The notes under the pieces: model-generated | Databases searched by the model: none | Told to the model about the DNA's origin: nothing | What the model saw: only the letters and a program-made list of their open reading frames with translations | Shown here: piece by piece, positions 1-8,638 of the stretch | How the letters are laid out: the number at the start of each line of letters is the position of its first letter | Numbering within the stretch: position 1 is the stretch's first letter | Program-made: the position numbers and the translations under genes | IMG/VR virus record: IMGVR_UViG_3300027753_000008 | DNA length: 64,000 bases | Direction: 5' to 3' (one strand) | From: an uncultured virus (IMG/VR IMGVR_UViG_3300027753_000008) | Lineage: Duplodnaviria; Heunggongvirae; Uroviricota; Caudoviricetes

Positions 1-22
1 GATTTCGATCGGCGCTTTTTTG

Positions 23-51
23 TGTACATTGCTTTTAATATGCTGTAGGAT
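23..51 (+). promoter_or_regulatory. Phage early (sigma70-type) promoter
   Basis: TGTACA-N17-TAGGAT; same architecture recurs 12 times upstream of + strand gene starts. Confidence 0.8.
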
Positions 52-76
52 GGTATTATCAAATGGAGATAATAAC

Positions 77-478
77 ATGATTTTTACAGTTTGGCAAATT
101 CAATACTCTAAAGCAGATATCGCAGCCATCAATGCTGGCGAAACTAACGCTAAGCGTGAAGCTAAAACAGAGATGAACTTTGATTTTAGCGGAAATAACA
201 TTTCTGGTATCGCTGATCAAGCTCTTACAGATGGTCTTTATACTCATGTTTCTGACATTCGTGCTGAAACTCCTGAGCATTGCTTTGAAATCGGTAACAT
301 TGGCCCTGAGTCAGCGATTACGCGTTTCTCACGTATGTCTTCACTTTCAGTCGGTGATATCATCGTTGATGTAGAAGGTAATGTAATGGTTGTAGCTAAC
401 TATGGTTTTGTTGCAATCGGATTTAAGCCTGAAATGTCAGCCGCTAATTTAGTTTATAATATGGAGGAAGTAGCGTAA
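77..478 (+). CDS. Hypothetical early protein, YodL-like motif
   Basis: GGAGA RBS before ATG at 77; SLSVGDII resembles the YodL-like signature. Confidence 0.55.
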   Translation: MIFTVWQIQYSKADIAAINAGETNAKREAKTEMNFDFSGNNISGIADQALTDGLYTHVSDIRAETPEHCFEIGNIGPESAITRFSRMSSLSVGDIIVDVEGNVMVVANYGFVAIGFKPEMSAANLVYNMEEVA

Positions 479-708
479 TGATTATTGTAAATGATATTCA
501 AGATGCATTGATGATGAGAAAGAAATTGATGAGCATTGTTCGTCGTTCTCATAATTTTGGCCATAGTCGTGCCACTGTTTTAATTGAACTGCTTGATATT
601 GTTGACGATCTTCAGCAAAACATTGAAAGGATGGAAGCTGAGATGGAACTTCAACATGATCTCTGGAGGACTGAACTTACAATGGAGGAACCTTCTAATG
701 CAGCGTAA
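478..708 (+). CDS. Hypothetical protein
   Basis: GGAGG RBS, TAATG coupling to upstream gene. Confidence 0.65.
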   Translation: MIIVNDIQDALMMRKKLMSIVRRSHNFGHSRATVLIELLDIVDDLQQNIERMEAEMELQHDLWRTELTMEEPSNAA

Positions 709-913
709 AGGTAAATCACATAAAGCGGCCATGGGAAACGATGGCCGTGTTGCTCTGCGTGAAGTTATTGATTTCATGAGTGAATGCGCCGGAGTTTTAG
801 AACTTGAAGGCGAGGAAAAATCTGCGTTTTATTTCGAGCAGATTGCAGAGTTTTTAACTGAAAATCCCTATAAGGGTTTAAAAGAACACGCAGGTCGTGT
901 TCTAGGACTGTAA
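698..913 (+). CDS. Hypothetical protein
   Basis: GGAGG RBS before ATG 698, in frame with ORF 584..913. Confidence 0.6.
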   Translation: MQRKGKSHKAAMGNDGRVALREVIDFMSECAGVLELEGEEKSAFYFEQIAEFLTENPYKGLKEHAGRVLGL

Positions 914-917
914 GGTT

Positions 918-925
918 TATAAATA
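918..925 (+). promoter_or_regulatory. T4-type late promoter (gp55 sigma)
   Basis: TATAAATA just upstream of hydrolase gene. Confidence 0.7.
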
Positions 926-929
926 TCCT

Positions 930-1415
930 ATGTCAAGAACTTTAAACATAACAAGCGGATTATTAACTATGTCAGTACTAACTGGGGCACTTGTCATAAC
1001 TCTTTCTATGGGTGGTCAACCCGATATAGATCCTAAAAGCCAAAATTGTTTGGCGATGAATATATATCACGAGGCTCGCGGCGAGGTCATTGAAGGCCAA
1101 ATCGCTGTTGCCCATGTTACCATGAATAGAGTAGAGCATAAGGAATGGCCTAATAGTATATGCGATGTAGTCTACCAACCAAAGCAGTTTAGTTGGACGT
1201 TTATGATTAAAGATCAGACGCCCAAAGAAAACAAATCGTGGAAGCAAGCTCGGGCTATTGCCAGAGATGTGATGATAGGAAACGTAGATGATCCTACAAA
1301 GGGAGCTACATTTTATCACGCTACGTATGTGAATCCGGTGTGGGCAGATCAAATGGAAGTAAGTAAAATAATTGATAAACACGTGTTTTATGTGTGGGAC
1401 GGCACTTGGGATTAG
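930..1415 (+). CDS. Cell wall hydrolase, SleB/Hydrolase_2 family
   Basis: CLAMNIYHEARGE, AVAHVTMNRV, QFSW, DPTKGATFYHA motifs; N-terminal hydrophobic segment. Confidence 0.9.
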   Translation: MSRTLNITSGLLTMSVLTGALVITLSMGGQPDIDPKSQNCLAMNIYHEARGEVIEGQIAVAHVTMNRVEHKEWPNSICDVVYQPKQFSWTFMIKDQTPKENKSWKQARAIARDVMIGNVDDPTKGATFYHATYVNPVWADQMEVSKIIDKHVFYVWDGTWD

Positions 1416-1579
1416 TAAAAGCATCTAGTCCTTGTACTCAGATATGTAAAATTGATGCATTTACTGGTACGTGCATAGGGTGTAAACGCACTTCTCAGGA
1501 GATCACTGAGTGGTCTTCTTATAGTGAAGAACAAAGAATAAATATAATGGAGAAGCTTGAATTATGGCAAAAGAAATAA
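1394..1579 (+). CDS. DUF1289 family Cys-rich protein
   Basis: SPCxxICxxD...CxGCxRTxxEIxxW signature. Confidence 0.8.
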   Translation: MGRHLGLVKASSPCTQICKIDAFTGTCIGCKRTSQEITEWSSYSEEQRINIMEKLELWQKK

Positions 1580-1860
1580 GTAATGTAGAATATAAATTTA
1601 ACGAAGGCGCATTGATTAATGAGTTTCAAGCGTATATCGATGCTACATATGATGGGCATTACGCCACAAATAAATTTCAATCAACAGAAGTAATCATTGA
1701 ACGTGGTCATGGCACAGGTTTTTGCATGGGAAATGTCGACAAGTATTCAAATCGTTATGGGAAAAAAGGTAGTCGTGATGACGCCCGTAAAGATTTAATG
1801 AAAGTTCTCCACTATGCCCTCATCCAACTCTATATCCACGATAGTGAAAAGGAAGAATAA
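1564..1860 (+). CDS. DUF3310-like phage protein
   Basis: GFCMGNVDKYSNRYGKKG...DLMKVLHYA. Confidence 0.65.
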   Translation: MAKEISNVEYKFNEGALINEFQAYIDATYDGHYATNKFQSTEVIIERGHGTGFCMGNVDKYSNRYGKKGSRDDARKDLMKVLHYALIQLYIHDSEKEE

Positions 1861-1929
1861 GTATTACGCTTATACCGAGAACGGAAGTGTAATAATTATA
1901 TCACAGGACAGATACATTGTTGAAAGCTA

Positions 1930-1958
1930 TGTACAAAGTATTGGCTATAAAGTAATAT
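1930..1958 (+). promoter_or_regulatory. Early promoter driving tmRNA
   Basis: TGTACA-N17-TAATAT. Confidence 0.65.
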
Positions 1959-1964
1959 ATAAGA

Positions 1965-2180
1965 TGTAAGCGTTAATAACGGATGTATGGACCTCGGGGC
2001 AGTACCGAGCAGCTCCACCACAAGTACATAAGGTGTATTTCTGATGGGGCTGAACTAGGATCGACATGTATTCAAGTTTACAAACACAAATGCAAACGAC
2101 AATTTTGCACCATCTGGATTTGCCTTAGCGGCATGATCACAGGGGGTTGGCCACTTACCTAGCAACAGAAAAGTGGCAAC
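1965..2180 (+). ncRNA. ssrA: Circularly permuted two-piece tmRNA (alphaproteobacterial type)
   Basis: Piece ending T-arm CTCGG-GGCAGTA-CCGAG then CAGCTCC-ACCA (2020) precedes GGGGCTG (2046) with G3:U70; tag ORF 2092-2136 ANDNFAPSGFALAA-stop; terminal hairpin with GCAACAGAA; ends approximate. Confidence 0.93.
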
Positions 2181-2216
2181 TTTTATAATGTTTAATTTAA
2201 TCTAGGAAAAAAGAAA

Positions 2217-2609
2217 ATGAAAATCGCAGCAATCGCAGCAGCCGCTTTAGTAACGGCAACATCAGTCTCAGCCAATGAGATCGGTGGAACAGGCATCACT
2301 TGGGGTGTAACATCAGAAGCAGCATACACAATTAACGATGCTGCAGGTAACGCAGTAGATGATTTCGGTGTAAAGGTAACTCCTGAAATCGGTTATTCAA
2401 TGTTCGGTATTGGCTTGTCAGCTGATATGGACTTGCCAGTTTATAACAATGAAGAGTTTCAATTGAGCAACGCGTTTGACGACCCAAAAGTCAATCTTGG
2501 TGCCACATATGAAGTGTTTGGCGGCTTTGAGTTGTTCGGTGAAACAACTTGGGATTTTGACGCATCAGACAATGTAGCTACTAAAGTAGGTGCTACTTTC
2601 GCCTTCTGA
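2217..2609 (+). CDS. Small outer-membrane beta-barrel protein
   Basis: Sec signal peptide, alternating amphipathic strands, C-terminal VGATFAF BAM-type signal. Confidence 0.75.
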   Translation: MKIAAIAAAALVTATSVSANEIGGTGITWGVTSEAAYTINDAAGNAVDDFGVKVTPEIGYSMFGIGLSADMDLPVYNNEEFQLSNAFDDPKVNLGATYEVFGGFELFGETTWDFDASDNVATKVGATFAF

Positions 2610-2617
2610 TATAAATA
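2610..2617 (+). promoter_or_regulatory. Late promoter
   Basis: TATAAATA. Confidence 0.65.
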
Positions 2618-2646
2618 CCATAGGGTCACTTACTTAATAAGTGCGC

Positions 2647-2676
2647 GGGGGGCCATGGTGAGCCCCCCTTTTTTTT
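2647..2676 (+). terminator. Intrinsic terminator (possible 3' end of a small late RNA)
   Basis: GGGGGGC-catggtga-GCCCCCC then T8. Confidence 0.85.
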
Positions 2677-2694
2677 ATGAGAAAGGACTATACT

Positions 2695-3051
2695 ATGAAA
2701 AAACTATTATTGGCCTTAGGATTCATCACTGCTTGTGCTCCAGCGCACGCTGATATGTTACAAATAAATGTGCCATGCGATCCATCGCCCGAAGTAATGA
2801 GAATAATGATACAGTATAAGAACTCTTTATTGCTTAGTGGAACAGGTACAATATCTGCTAAAAATGGAAAGACATTTACTTCCGAAGCTGGAATATTCTT
2901 AAACCAAGACACTGGTACTTTAGCTGTTGTCTTATCTTTTCCCAATGGAGACAAGCCTCCAATGTCATGCTTAATTATTGCTGGAGCAGAGTGGGAGCCA
3001 TATGCTGGACCTCAGCCGTGGGATAAAATAAAAACAAAAGAAGATCTATAA
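2695..3051 (+). CDS. Secreted hypothetical protein
   Basis: AAGGA RBS; signal peptide MKKLLLALG...AHA. Confidence 0.7.
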   Translation: MKKLLLALGFITACAPAHADMLQINVPCDPSPEVMRIMIQYKNSLLLSGTGTISAKNGKTFTSEAGIFLNQDTGTLAVVLSFPNGDKPPMSCLIIAGAEWEPYAGPQPWDKIKTKEDL

Positions 3052-3055
3052 GGTA

Positions 3056-3063
3056 TATAAATA
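3056..3063 (+). promoter_or_regulatory. Late promoter
   Basis: TATAAATA upstream of the 3096-6769 operon. Confidence 0.7.
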
Positions 3064-3095
3064 CTGTATGACTTACAATGATTGGTGGTATTTAA

Positions 3096-3686
3096 ATGTA
3101 TAAAAAGTTGCATAGATTATTTTTGTTAATGGCATTAAGTTTGTTTACGCTATTGATAGTTGCTATTCAGGTTAAAGCCCAAGATGCAGCAGAATGTCCT
3201 GTCGGGTATGTCTGCACATTATCAGGGACTGATTCCAATATAACAACTGATGGTCAAATGACCACAACCATAAAACAACCTCCTCCTTCTGCGATTGCGC
3301 CACAATTTAGTGCAGGTAATAATTCTGATCTGTGTACTATCGGAGCTTCTGCTTCAGTACAAACTCAGATTTTAGGCATATCTGCAGGAGGCACTTATAC
3401 TGAAGAGAATTGTAAAAGATTAAAAAATGCAAAAGTCTTATATGATATGGGAATGAAAGTGGCTGCGGTATCAACTATGTGTCAAGATGAAAACGTGTTT
3501 AAGGCAATGATGAATGCTGGTACGCCATGCCCGTATAATGGTTTAATCGGTGATGCTGCTAAGTTGGGTTGGGAAACTCACGTTGAAGAAACTGAAAAAG
3601 AACTTAATTTGATGGGACCTATAGATGCTGAAAAAGCTGCTCCTGCCGTTAGCGCTGGTATTATCGCCCTCTTACTCTTACTCTGA
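3096..3686 (+). CDS. Secreted Cys-containing protein with amphipathic beta-hairpin and C-terminal hydrophobic tail
   Basis: Signal peptide ..VKA; PPPSAIAP..C-(hairpin)-NC motif. Confidence 0.7.
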   Translation: MYKKLHRLFLLMALSLFTLLIVAIQVKAQDAAECPVGYVCTLSGTDSNITTDGQMTTTIKQPPPSAIAPQFSAGNNSDLCTIGASASVQTQILGISAGGTYTEENCKRLKNAKVLYDMGMKVAAVSTMCQDENVFKAMMNAGTPCPYNGLIGDAAKLGWETHVEETEKELNLMGPIDAEKAAPAVSAGIIALLLLL

Positions 3687-4533
3687 AAGTATTGCTCCGT
3701 ACTTTGGGTATACTGGAAATGCTATAACGGACCAATCTCTCGCTTGGTCTATGCCAAACATATTGCCTGATCCATCTGGATTAGATATACAGAATGTAAT
3801 ATACAGTTATAAGATACAGAAAGAAACTGGTGAATGGGTAACAGTACATGTGCAGAATGAAAATGCTAATGCCACTGGTTATATTTTTAGAGAGACTGAC
3901 GAGTGGAAACCAGGATCAGTAGCCGGTACTGGAATTAGTAAAGCAGTTCCAGTAGGCAATTTACCCAGAGCATTATGGGGAGAGGGAAGCATAGATGTAG
4001 ATGGCAACGGATCAGTATACGATGCAAGTATAGTATATACGTATAGAGTCGATCCTTGTTTTAATCCGCAGTTTAATACTAACTGCCCAGGATATGTAGA
4101 GCCAATCCCTGACATACCAGAAGTTGGCTTAGAAGATGTTTATGATGTATTCGATGACGATAATGTTAACATGGAACGAAATAAAACAATCGAACAAGAT
4201 AAGATAAATAAGGCTAAAGCAAAAGAAGAAGATGAAGAAGAAGAGGAAGAGCGTAAAAGAAGGTACAGACTTGAAAAGGTTTTGTCAGATCTGCAAGCTT
4301 CTCAACTTTTAGCTGAGAATTCTATAATAGAACAAATGAATAACAATATGCAAAACGAGATAAATAAGACATATCTAGTAATGAAAATACCAGGCGGAGA
4401 ATATAAAGATAGCGTGGTACTGGCAGATTCAAAGTTGCCAGACTCAAAGAATGGATTACGTAATGGACTAGCCCAACAGTTATTGCACAACCAGATGGTT
4501 GAGATGCAATATCAAATAAACGAAGAGAACTAA
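3625..4533 (+). CDS. Secreted protein with acidic/coiled-coil C-terminus
   Basis: Signal peptide MLKKLLLPLALVL; DPCxxPxxxxxCPGY; E-rich tract. Confidence 0.7.
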   Translation: MLKKLLLPLALVLSPSYSYSESIAPYFGYTGNAITDQSLAWSMPNILPDPSGLDIQNVIYSYKIQKETGEWVTVHVQNENANATGYIFRETDEWKPGSVAGTGISKAVPVGNLPRALWGEGSIDVDGNGSVYDASIVYTYRVDPCFNPQFNTNCPGYVEPIPDIPEVGLEDVYDVFDDDNVNMERNKTIEQDKINKAKAKEEDEEEEEERKRRYRLEKVLSDLQASQLLAENSIIEQMNNNMQNEINKTYLVMKIPGGEYKDSVVLADSKLPDSKNGLRNGLAQQLLHNQMVEMQYQINEEN

Positions 4534-4544
4534 GGAAACATAAT

Positions 4545-5069
4545 ATGAATATGTTTAAAATTAAGACTAGTCTGTTTGCACTATCTACTATGGTTGTGGC
4601 AAGTCAGGCTTTAGCACAACAAGAAGGATCAGTTCCTATTAACGGCACTGTTCAATCGCGTTGTGTAATTCAAGCAGATACCGCAGGAACATACGGCAAC
4701 CCTAATGCGTATGAATTAAATACAGCCGCAACAGCTGGTGGGAACAACGCTGTAATTCGCGTTGATGTAACACTGGCCGATTCATATTATGTTAATATTA
4801 CTGCACCATCGTCATTTTCAAACAGCCCAACTTTACCTGACACTGTAACTTGGACTGGAGATACAACTGTTAAAACGCTATCAGATGCGACAGGAATGAG
4901 TGGGTACGAAACTGGTAAGCAGGAACTAGGAATGGTAGATAAGTATGACCTAACTGTTGTTGGTTCTACATGGTTTGAAACAGAGTCAAAAGCTACTCTT
5001 GGAGGTTCAAGAGCATTTCCCGGCGGAAACTACACTGCATTAGTAGAAGCTGAGTGTATTGCAAAGTAG
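4545..5069 (+). CDS. Fimbrial/pilin-like subunit (chaperone-usher/SCPU-like)
   Basis: Signal peptide ..ALA; N-terminal VPINGTVQSRC and C-terminal FPGGNYTALV pilin-like motifs. Confidence 0.65.
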   Translation: MNMFKIKTSLFALSTMVVASQALAQQEGSVPINGTVQSRCVIQADTAGTYGNPNAYELNTAATAGGNNAVIRVDVTLADSYYVNITAPSSFSNSPTLPDTVTWTGDTTVKTLSDATGMSGYETGKQELGMVDKYDLTVVGSTWFETESKATLGGSRAFPGGNYTALVEAECIAK

Positions 5070-5072
5070 GAA

Positions 5073-5480
5073 ATGACTATGCTACGTTATGGTTTATTCT
5101 CAGTCTTTATAGCTATTTTTTTAACATGCGCTTTAAGTGTTAAGGCCCATGAGATGGTTCCAACATACCCAAAATTGGAACCATCTCATATACAAGGGCT
5201 ATATAAAACAAAGGTAACAATATTCAATAAAAGACCAGAAGTTGAGTATTATGAAATTGGGGTATTTACAGAAGATTGGGAATCAATACCGTTTGTTTCT
5301 ACATACAAAATCTTTCCAGTCCCCTTTTTAAGCACAGTAACAAACGAGCTGTTTATACGTAATATTGATAGAAAAAAAGTAAGGTATATATGCTCTAAAT
5401 CGAAACTGCGTAGGTCATATGAAACGCGAACTATAGTGTCTTCTAGGATTTGCTCAAAGATAAAAAGGCTAGGTGAATGA
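5073..5480 (+). CDS. Periplasmic fimbrial chaperone-like protein
   Basis: Signal peptide; beta-rich Ig-like pattern MVPTY..VTIFNK..YYEIGVF, paired Cys near C-terminus; adjacent to pilin-like gene. Confidence 0.5.
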   Translation: MTMLRYGLFSVFIAIFLTCALSVKAHEMVPTYPKLEPSHIQGLYKTKVTIFNKRPEVEYYEIGVFTEDWESIPFVSTYKIFPVPFLSTVTNELFIRNIDRKKVRYICSKSKLRRSYETRTIVSSRICSKIKRLGE

Positions 5481-5902
5481 AAAAGTGTATTATATTATTA
5501 ACCTTATCAATGTTTCCTATTACAGCATTAGCAGATAACAGTGGGATTGGACTAACACTACCTGGAGCTTCTGTCTCATATGGTAGTGATAGCATCAAAG
5601 CTGGAGACTTAAACTGCTCAAATTCTATTGGCGGCGCCACAAATTTTGAGTTTGGTATAACAGGCGTTATCGATAACTATAGTAGTCCATTCAACTCTCC
5701 AGATTACGGTAACACTGAAAAGGATGTTGGAGTATATGCTAGAATAGTTATACCACTCGATAAGCCTAAAGAAAGAATTAATTGTAACAGCTTGTATCAA
5801 TTAGAGCTGAGAAAAAAAAGATTAGAAGTGCTAAAGCTGCAACAAGAACTGGAAGCGTTAAGACGTTTAAACAATTCTGAAGCAAGCACATTTGAGAACT
5901 AG
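5477..5902 (+). CDS. Secreted protein with Cys-flanked beta-hairpin and coiled coil
   Basis: Signal peptide ..ALA; NFEFGITG / DVGVYARIVIPL strands; C-terminal heptads. Confidence 0.7.
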   Translation: MKKCIILLTLSMFPITALADNSGIGLTLPGASVSYGSDSIKAGDLNCSNSIGGATNFEFGITGVIDNYSSPFNSPDYGNTEKDVGVYARIVIPLDKPKERINCNSLYQLELRKKRLEVLKLQQELEALRRLNNSEASTFEN

Positions 5903-5912
5903 GAGTTAATAA

Positions 5913-6491
5913 ATGTCAGAGCTAGAATTTGGAGGAGTTAAGTTTAAAGGCGGCAAGATGTTTGCTGTTCTTACGGCGCTATCAACGTTAGGTGGCGCAG
6001 CTTGGGGAGGCTTTGAGTTCTACAATGATTATAGAAATATGAAAGAGATTGTAGAAAATATTGATGTAGATTCTATTGCAGCCGAAAACGAAAAAGTTAT
6101 TCTTAGAATGGAAGAAAATATGGTTCGTATTAACGAGGCCATTGAATATACTCGTGATATTAAAACTGGTCTTAGAGATGATATACTTGGTATTGAAAAG
6201 CAAGTGGATCGCACAGAAGATGAGTTGCGGGAAAGCGAGCAAACGACAAGAGAGATTGTACAGAATGCAGAAGAGCGCTTTGAAAACAAGCGAGACGCAT
6301 TATCTAATGATTATGACACAAAGGCGAATAGTTTAAGAAACTCAAATAACAGTCGTATGAACGATCTAGAAACTAAAGTAGAACGCGACTTAGAATCACT
6401 GCGAGCGATGATCGAGAGAGACATGAGAGAGCTTGATACTCTATTAAATGATAAATTACAAAGAGCCCTAAATAATCCACTAGCAAACTAA
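5913..6491 (+). CDS. Membrane-anchored coiled-coil protein
   Basis: AGGAG RBS; N-terminal TM then long heptad region. Confidence 0.75.
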   Translation: MSELEFGGVKFKGGKMFAVLTALSTLGGAAWGGFEFYNDYRNMKEIVENIDVDSIAAENEKVILRMEENMVRINEAIEYTRDIKTGLRDDILGIEKQVDRTEDELRESEQTTREIVQNAEERFENKRDALSNDYDTKANSLRNSNNSRMNDLETKVERDLESLRAMIERDMRELDTLLNDKLQRALNNPLAN

Positions 6492-6502
6492 CGGAGATCT
6501 AA

Positions 6503-6769
6503 ATGGCCGAAGAAGAAAAAGTTAAAGCTAAACTAGTAGCTAAAGCGCCGCATGCAATTAGAGATGAAGATACACCAGAAGGTAAAATGGAACTTCAATT
6601 CCGAGTTTTAGGTAATGAAATGATCGGCATTAAGATGATAGTCGATGACATGAAAATGAAATGGGTTTTTATTGGATTACTTGCTATTTTAGTAATGACA
6701 TGGGCCGCTGCAGAATTCGGCAATGCTATTACTGGAACAAGTCCTGGAGATGAATGGTCAGAAGGCTAG
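6503..6769 (+). CDS. Small membrane protein
   Basis: GGAGA RBS; one TM segment. Confidence 0.65.
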   Translation: MAEEEKVKAKLVAKAPHAIRDEDTPEGKMELQFRVLGNEMIGIKMIVDDMKMKWVFIGLLAILVMTWAAAEFGNAITGTSPGDEWSEG

Positions 6770-7017
6770 TCATAGTGACCACCTAATACAGCAACCTTAG
6801 TTATTTCTCTATTATATACTTCTACTTCTCGTTGCTTGTAAGCTGTTTCAAATCCGATCGAACCGTATTCGCTTCTTTCAGTGTTATTCCAAAGTCTTTT
6901 AAAATATGAATCGTATAACTGTTCAACAGTGGCGTCTGATTCGTTTATGTTGATTAGTTGCCCCTTAACTAGCCAGTTAAGTCGATTGGCTTCTTTACGA
7001 ACGAATGGCGTACACAT
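6766..7017 (-). CDS. Hypothetical protein
   Basis: AAGGAG RBS on minus strand; TATAGATA late-promoter variant at 7043-7050. Confidence 0.7.
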   Translation of the reverse strand: MCTPFVRKEANRLNWLVKGQLININESDATVEQLYDSYFKRLWNNTERSEYGSIGFETAYKQREVEVYNREITKVAVLGGHYD

Positions 7018-7091
7018 AGCTACTCCTTTACATAAGATAACTTATCTATAAAATGGTAGTGCTAACTTTTGCGCTATTAAAAAAATAAACG

Positions 7092-7120
7092 TGTACATAT
7101 GGTTTGTAACAGTGTAGAGT
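7092..7120 (+). promoter_or_regulatory. Early promoter
   Basis: TGTACA-N17-TAGAGT. Confidence 0.75.
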
Positions 7121-7143
7121 ATACTTATCAATAGGAGATAAAC

Positions 7144-7359
7144 ATGACTTACACTATACAAACCGATATCGCACATACCGCAACACAATCCGAAATTAAA
7201 CAATTCGCTTCCGAACACAATTGTATTCTATCAAAATTCCAACCTCTCGGCCCTGCCGGCGGAAATCACTTATGCGATTTCACATCTAATTCTCTCGATT
7301 CTATTCAAAAATTGTGCGACCAACTTTCATATCCCCATAAAAACATCGAAAAAATTTAA
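7144..7359 (+). CDS. Hypothetical early protein
   Basis: AGGAG RBS after promoter; GPAGGN motif. Confidence 0.7.
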   Translation: MTYTIQTDIAHTATQSEIKQFASEHNCILSKFQPLGPAGGNHLCDFTSNSLDSIQKLCDQLSYPHKNIEKI

Positions 7360-7378
7360 AAAAAAGTGAAATTAACTG

Positions 7379-7407
7379 TGTACAAACAGTTTGTAATGTA
7401 GTAAGAT
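7379..7407 (+). promoter_or_regulatory. Early promoter
   Basis: TGTACA-N17-TAAGAT. Confidence 0.75.
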
Positions 7408-7435
7408 ATACTTATCAAATGATGGAGATTATATA

Positions 7436-8392
7436 ATGGCACACGAAGTAGAAATGATTAACGGTCAAGCTCAACTAGCATACGTTGGTGATGTACCTTG
7501 GCACGGTCTTGGTGTTGAAGTTCGGAACGATATGACACCTGAGCAGATTATGGTAAAAGCTGGCCTTGATTGGACAGTTGAAAAAGAAGAAGTACAAACA
7601 GTATCAGGTGTAAAAATTCCTGGTAAAAAAGCTTTGGTTCGTTCTTCTGACGGTTCAGTTTTAGATATGGTCGGTGACGACTGGAATCCTGTACAAAATA
7701 CACAAGCTTTCGAATTCTTCTCAGATTTCGTAATGGCAGGTGATATGGAAATGAATGTGGCAGGATCTTTAAAGGATGGAAAAAATGTATTCGCTCTCGC
7801 AAAAGTCAAAGAGTCTTTCACTATTCTCGGCGAAGACCAAGTTGACTCCTATCTTTTGTTTAGCAATCCTCACCAATATGGTAAAGCTGTTGATATTCGC
7901 TTTACTCCCATTCGTGTTGTATGCAATAACACGCTCACATTTTCTTTAAATTCAAAGTCTAAAAACTTTGTAAAAGTTGGCCATCGTTCAGTCTTCGATG
8001 CTGATATGGTTAAAGAGCAAATGGGACTTGCTTCTGAAAAGTTTGCACAGTATAAAGAGATGGCAGAATTCTTGTCAACTCGTCGTTATAACGCAGAATC
8101 GCTGATTCAATACTATAACGAAGTATTCCCACATCGTGAGCAGCGTACTGTTTCAGCGTTCGATGATTTATCACGTACAGCTCAGTTAGCAGCTTCCAAC
8201 ATCGAAACTCAGCCTGGTGCAGAGTTTGGTCAAGGAACTTGGTGGCAGGCATTTAACTCTGTTACATATATGACTGACCACATTCAAGGTCGTAGTGCAG
8301 AGAGTCGTTTGAATAACCAATGGTTTGGTTACAATCAAGGACGAAAAATTAATGCTGCTAACAAAGCAGTAGAATTTGCGACAGCAGCATGA
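7436..8392 (+). CDS. DUF932 family phage/plasmid protein
   Basis: PWHGLG, AGLDWTV, TPIRVVCNNTL, GTWWQAFNSVT motifs. Confidence 0.9.
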   Translation: MAHEVEMINGQAQLAYVGDVPWHGLGVEVRNDMTPEQIMVKAGLDWTVEKEEVQTVSGVKIPGKKALVRSSDGSVLDMVGDDWNPVQNTQAFEFFSDFVMAGDMEMNVAGSLKDGKNVFALAKVKESFTILGEDQVDSYLLFSNPHQYGKAVDIRFTPIRVVCNNTLTFSLNSKSKNFVKVGHRSVFDADMVKEQMGLASEKFAQYKEMAEFLSTRRYNAESLIQYYNEVFPHREQRTVSAFDDLSRTAQLAASNIETQPGAEFGQGTWWQAFNSVTYMTDHIQGRSAESRLNNQWFGYNQGRKINAANKAVEFATAA

Positions 8393-8571
8393 AAATTATA
8401 AATGATAAAAAGAACCCCTCGTTGTTAGGGGTTCTTGAACCTGCTGATCGCATTGATGAATACGAAAAATGGGTAGATAATCTTAATCAAGATCTAAAAG
8501 ATTCTGGTTACGATCAATATGAGTACAAAGTTGTAAAAAAGAGAGATAAGCTTTACATCAACCGTTTGTAG
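8389..8571 (+). CDS. Hypothetical protein
   Basis: ATGA overlap; contains a strong hairpin at 8410-8436. Confidence 0.5.
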   Translation: MKIINDKKNPSLLGVLEPADRIDEYEKWVDNLNQDLKDSGYDQYEYKVVKKRDKLYINRL

Positions 8572-8580
8572 ACTAAATTT

Positions 8581-8603
8581 AGAGGCTTTTGCCTCTTTTT
8601 TTT
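8581..8603 (+). terminator. Intrinsic terminator
   Basis: AGAGGC-tttt-GCCTCT followed by T-run. Confidence 0.7.
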
Positions 8604-8605
8604 AT

Positions 8606-8613
8606 TATAAATA
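8606..8613 (+). promoter_or_regulatory. Late promoter
   Basis: TATAAATA heading the 8639-16050 block. Confidence 0.75.
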
Positions 8614-8638
8614 CACTATATACTTTAGAGGTTCTAAC

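Noticed and set aside
7057..7076. AGTGCTAA resembling a CIRCE half-site in an imperfect palindrome
   Set aside because: Second half-site and 9-nt spacing do not fit CIRCE
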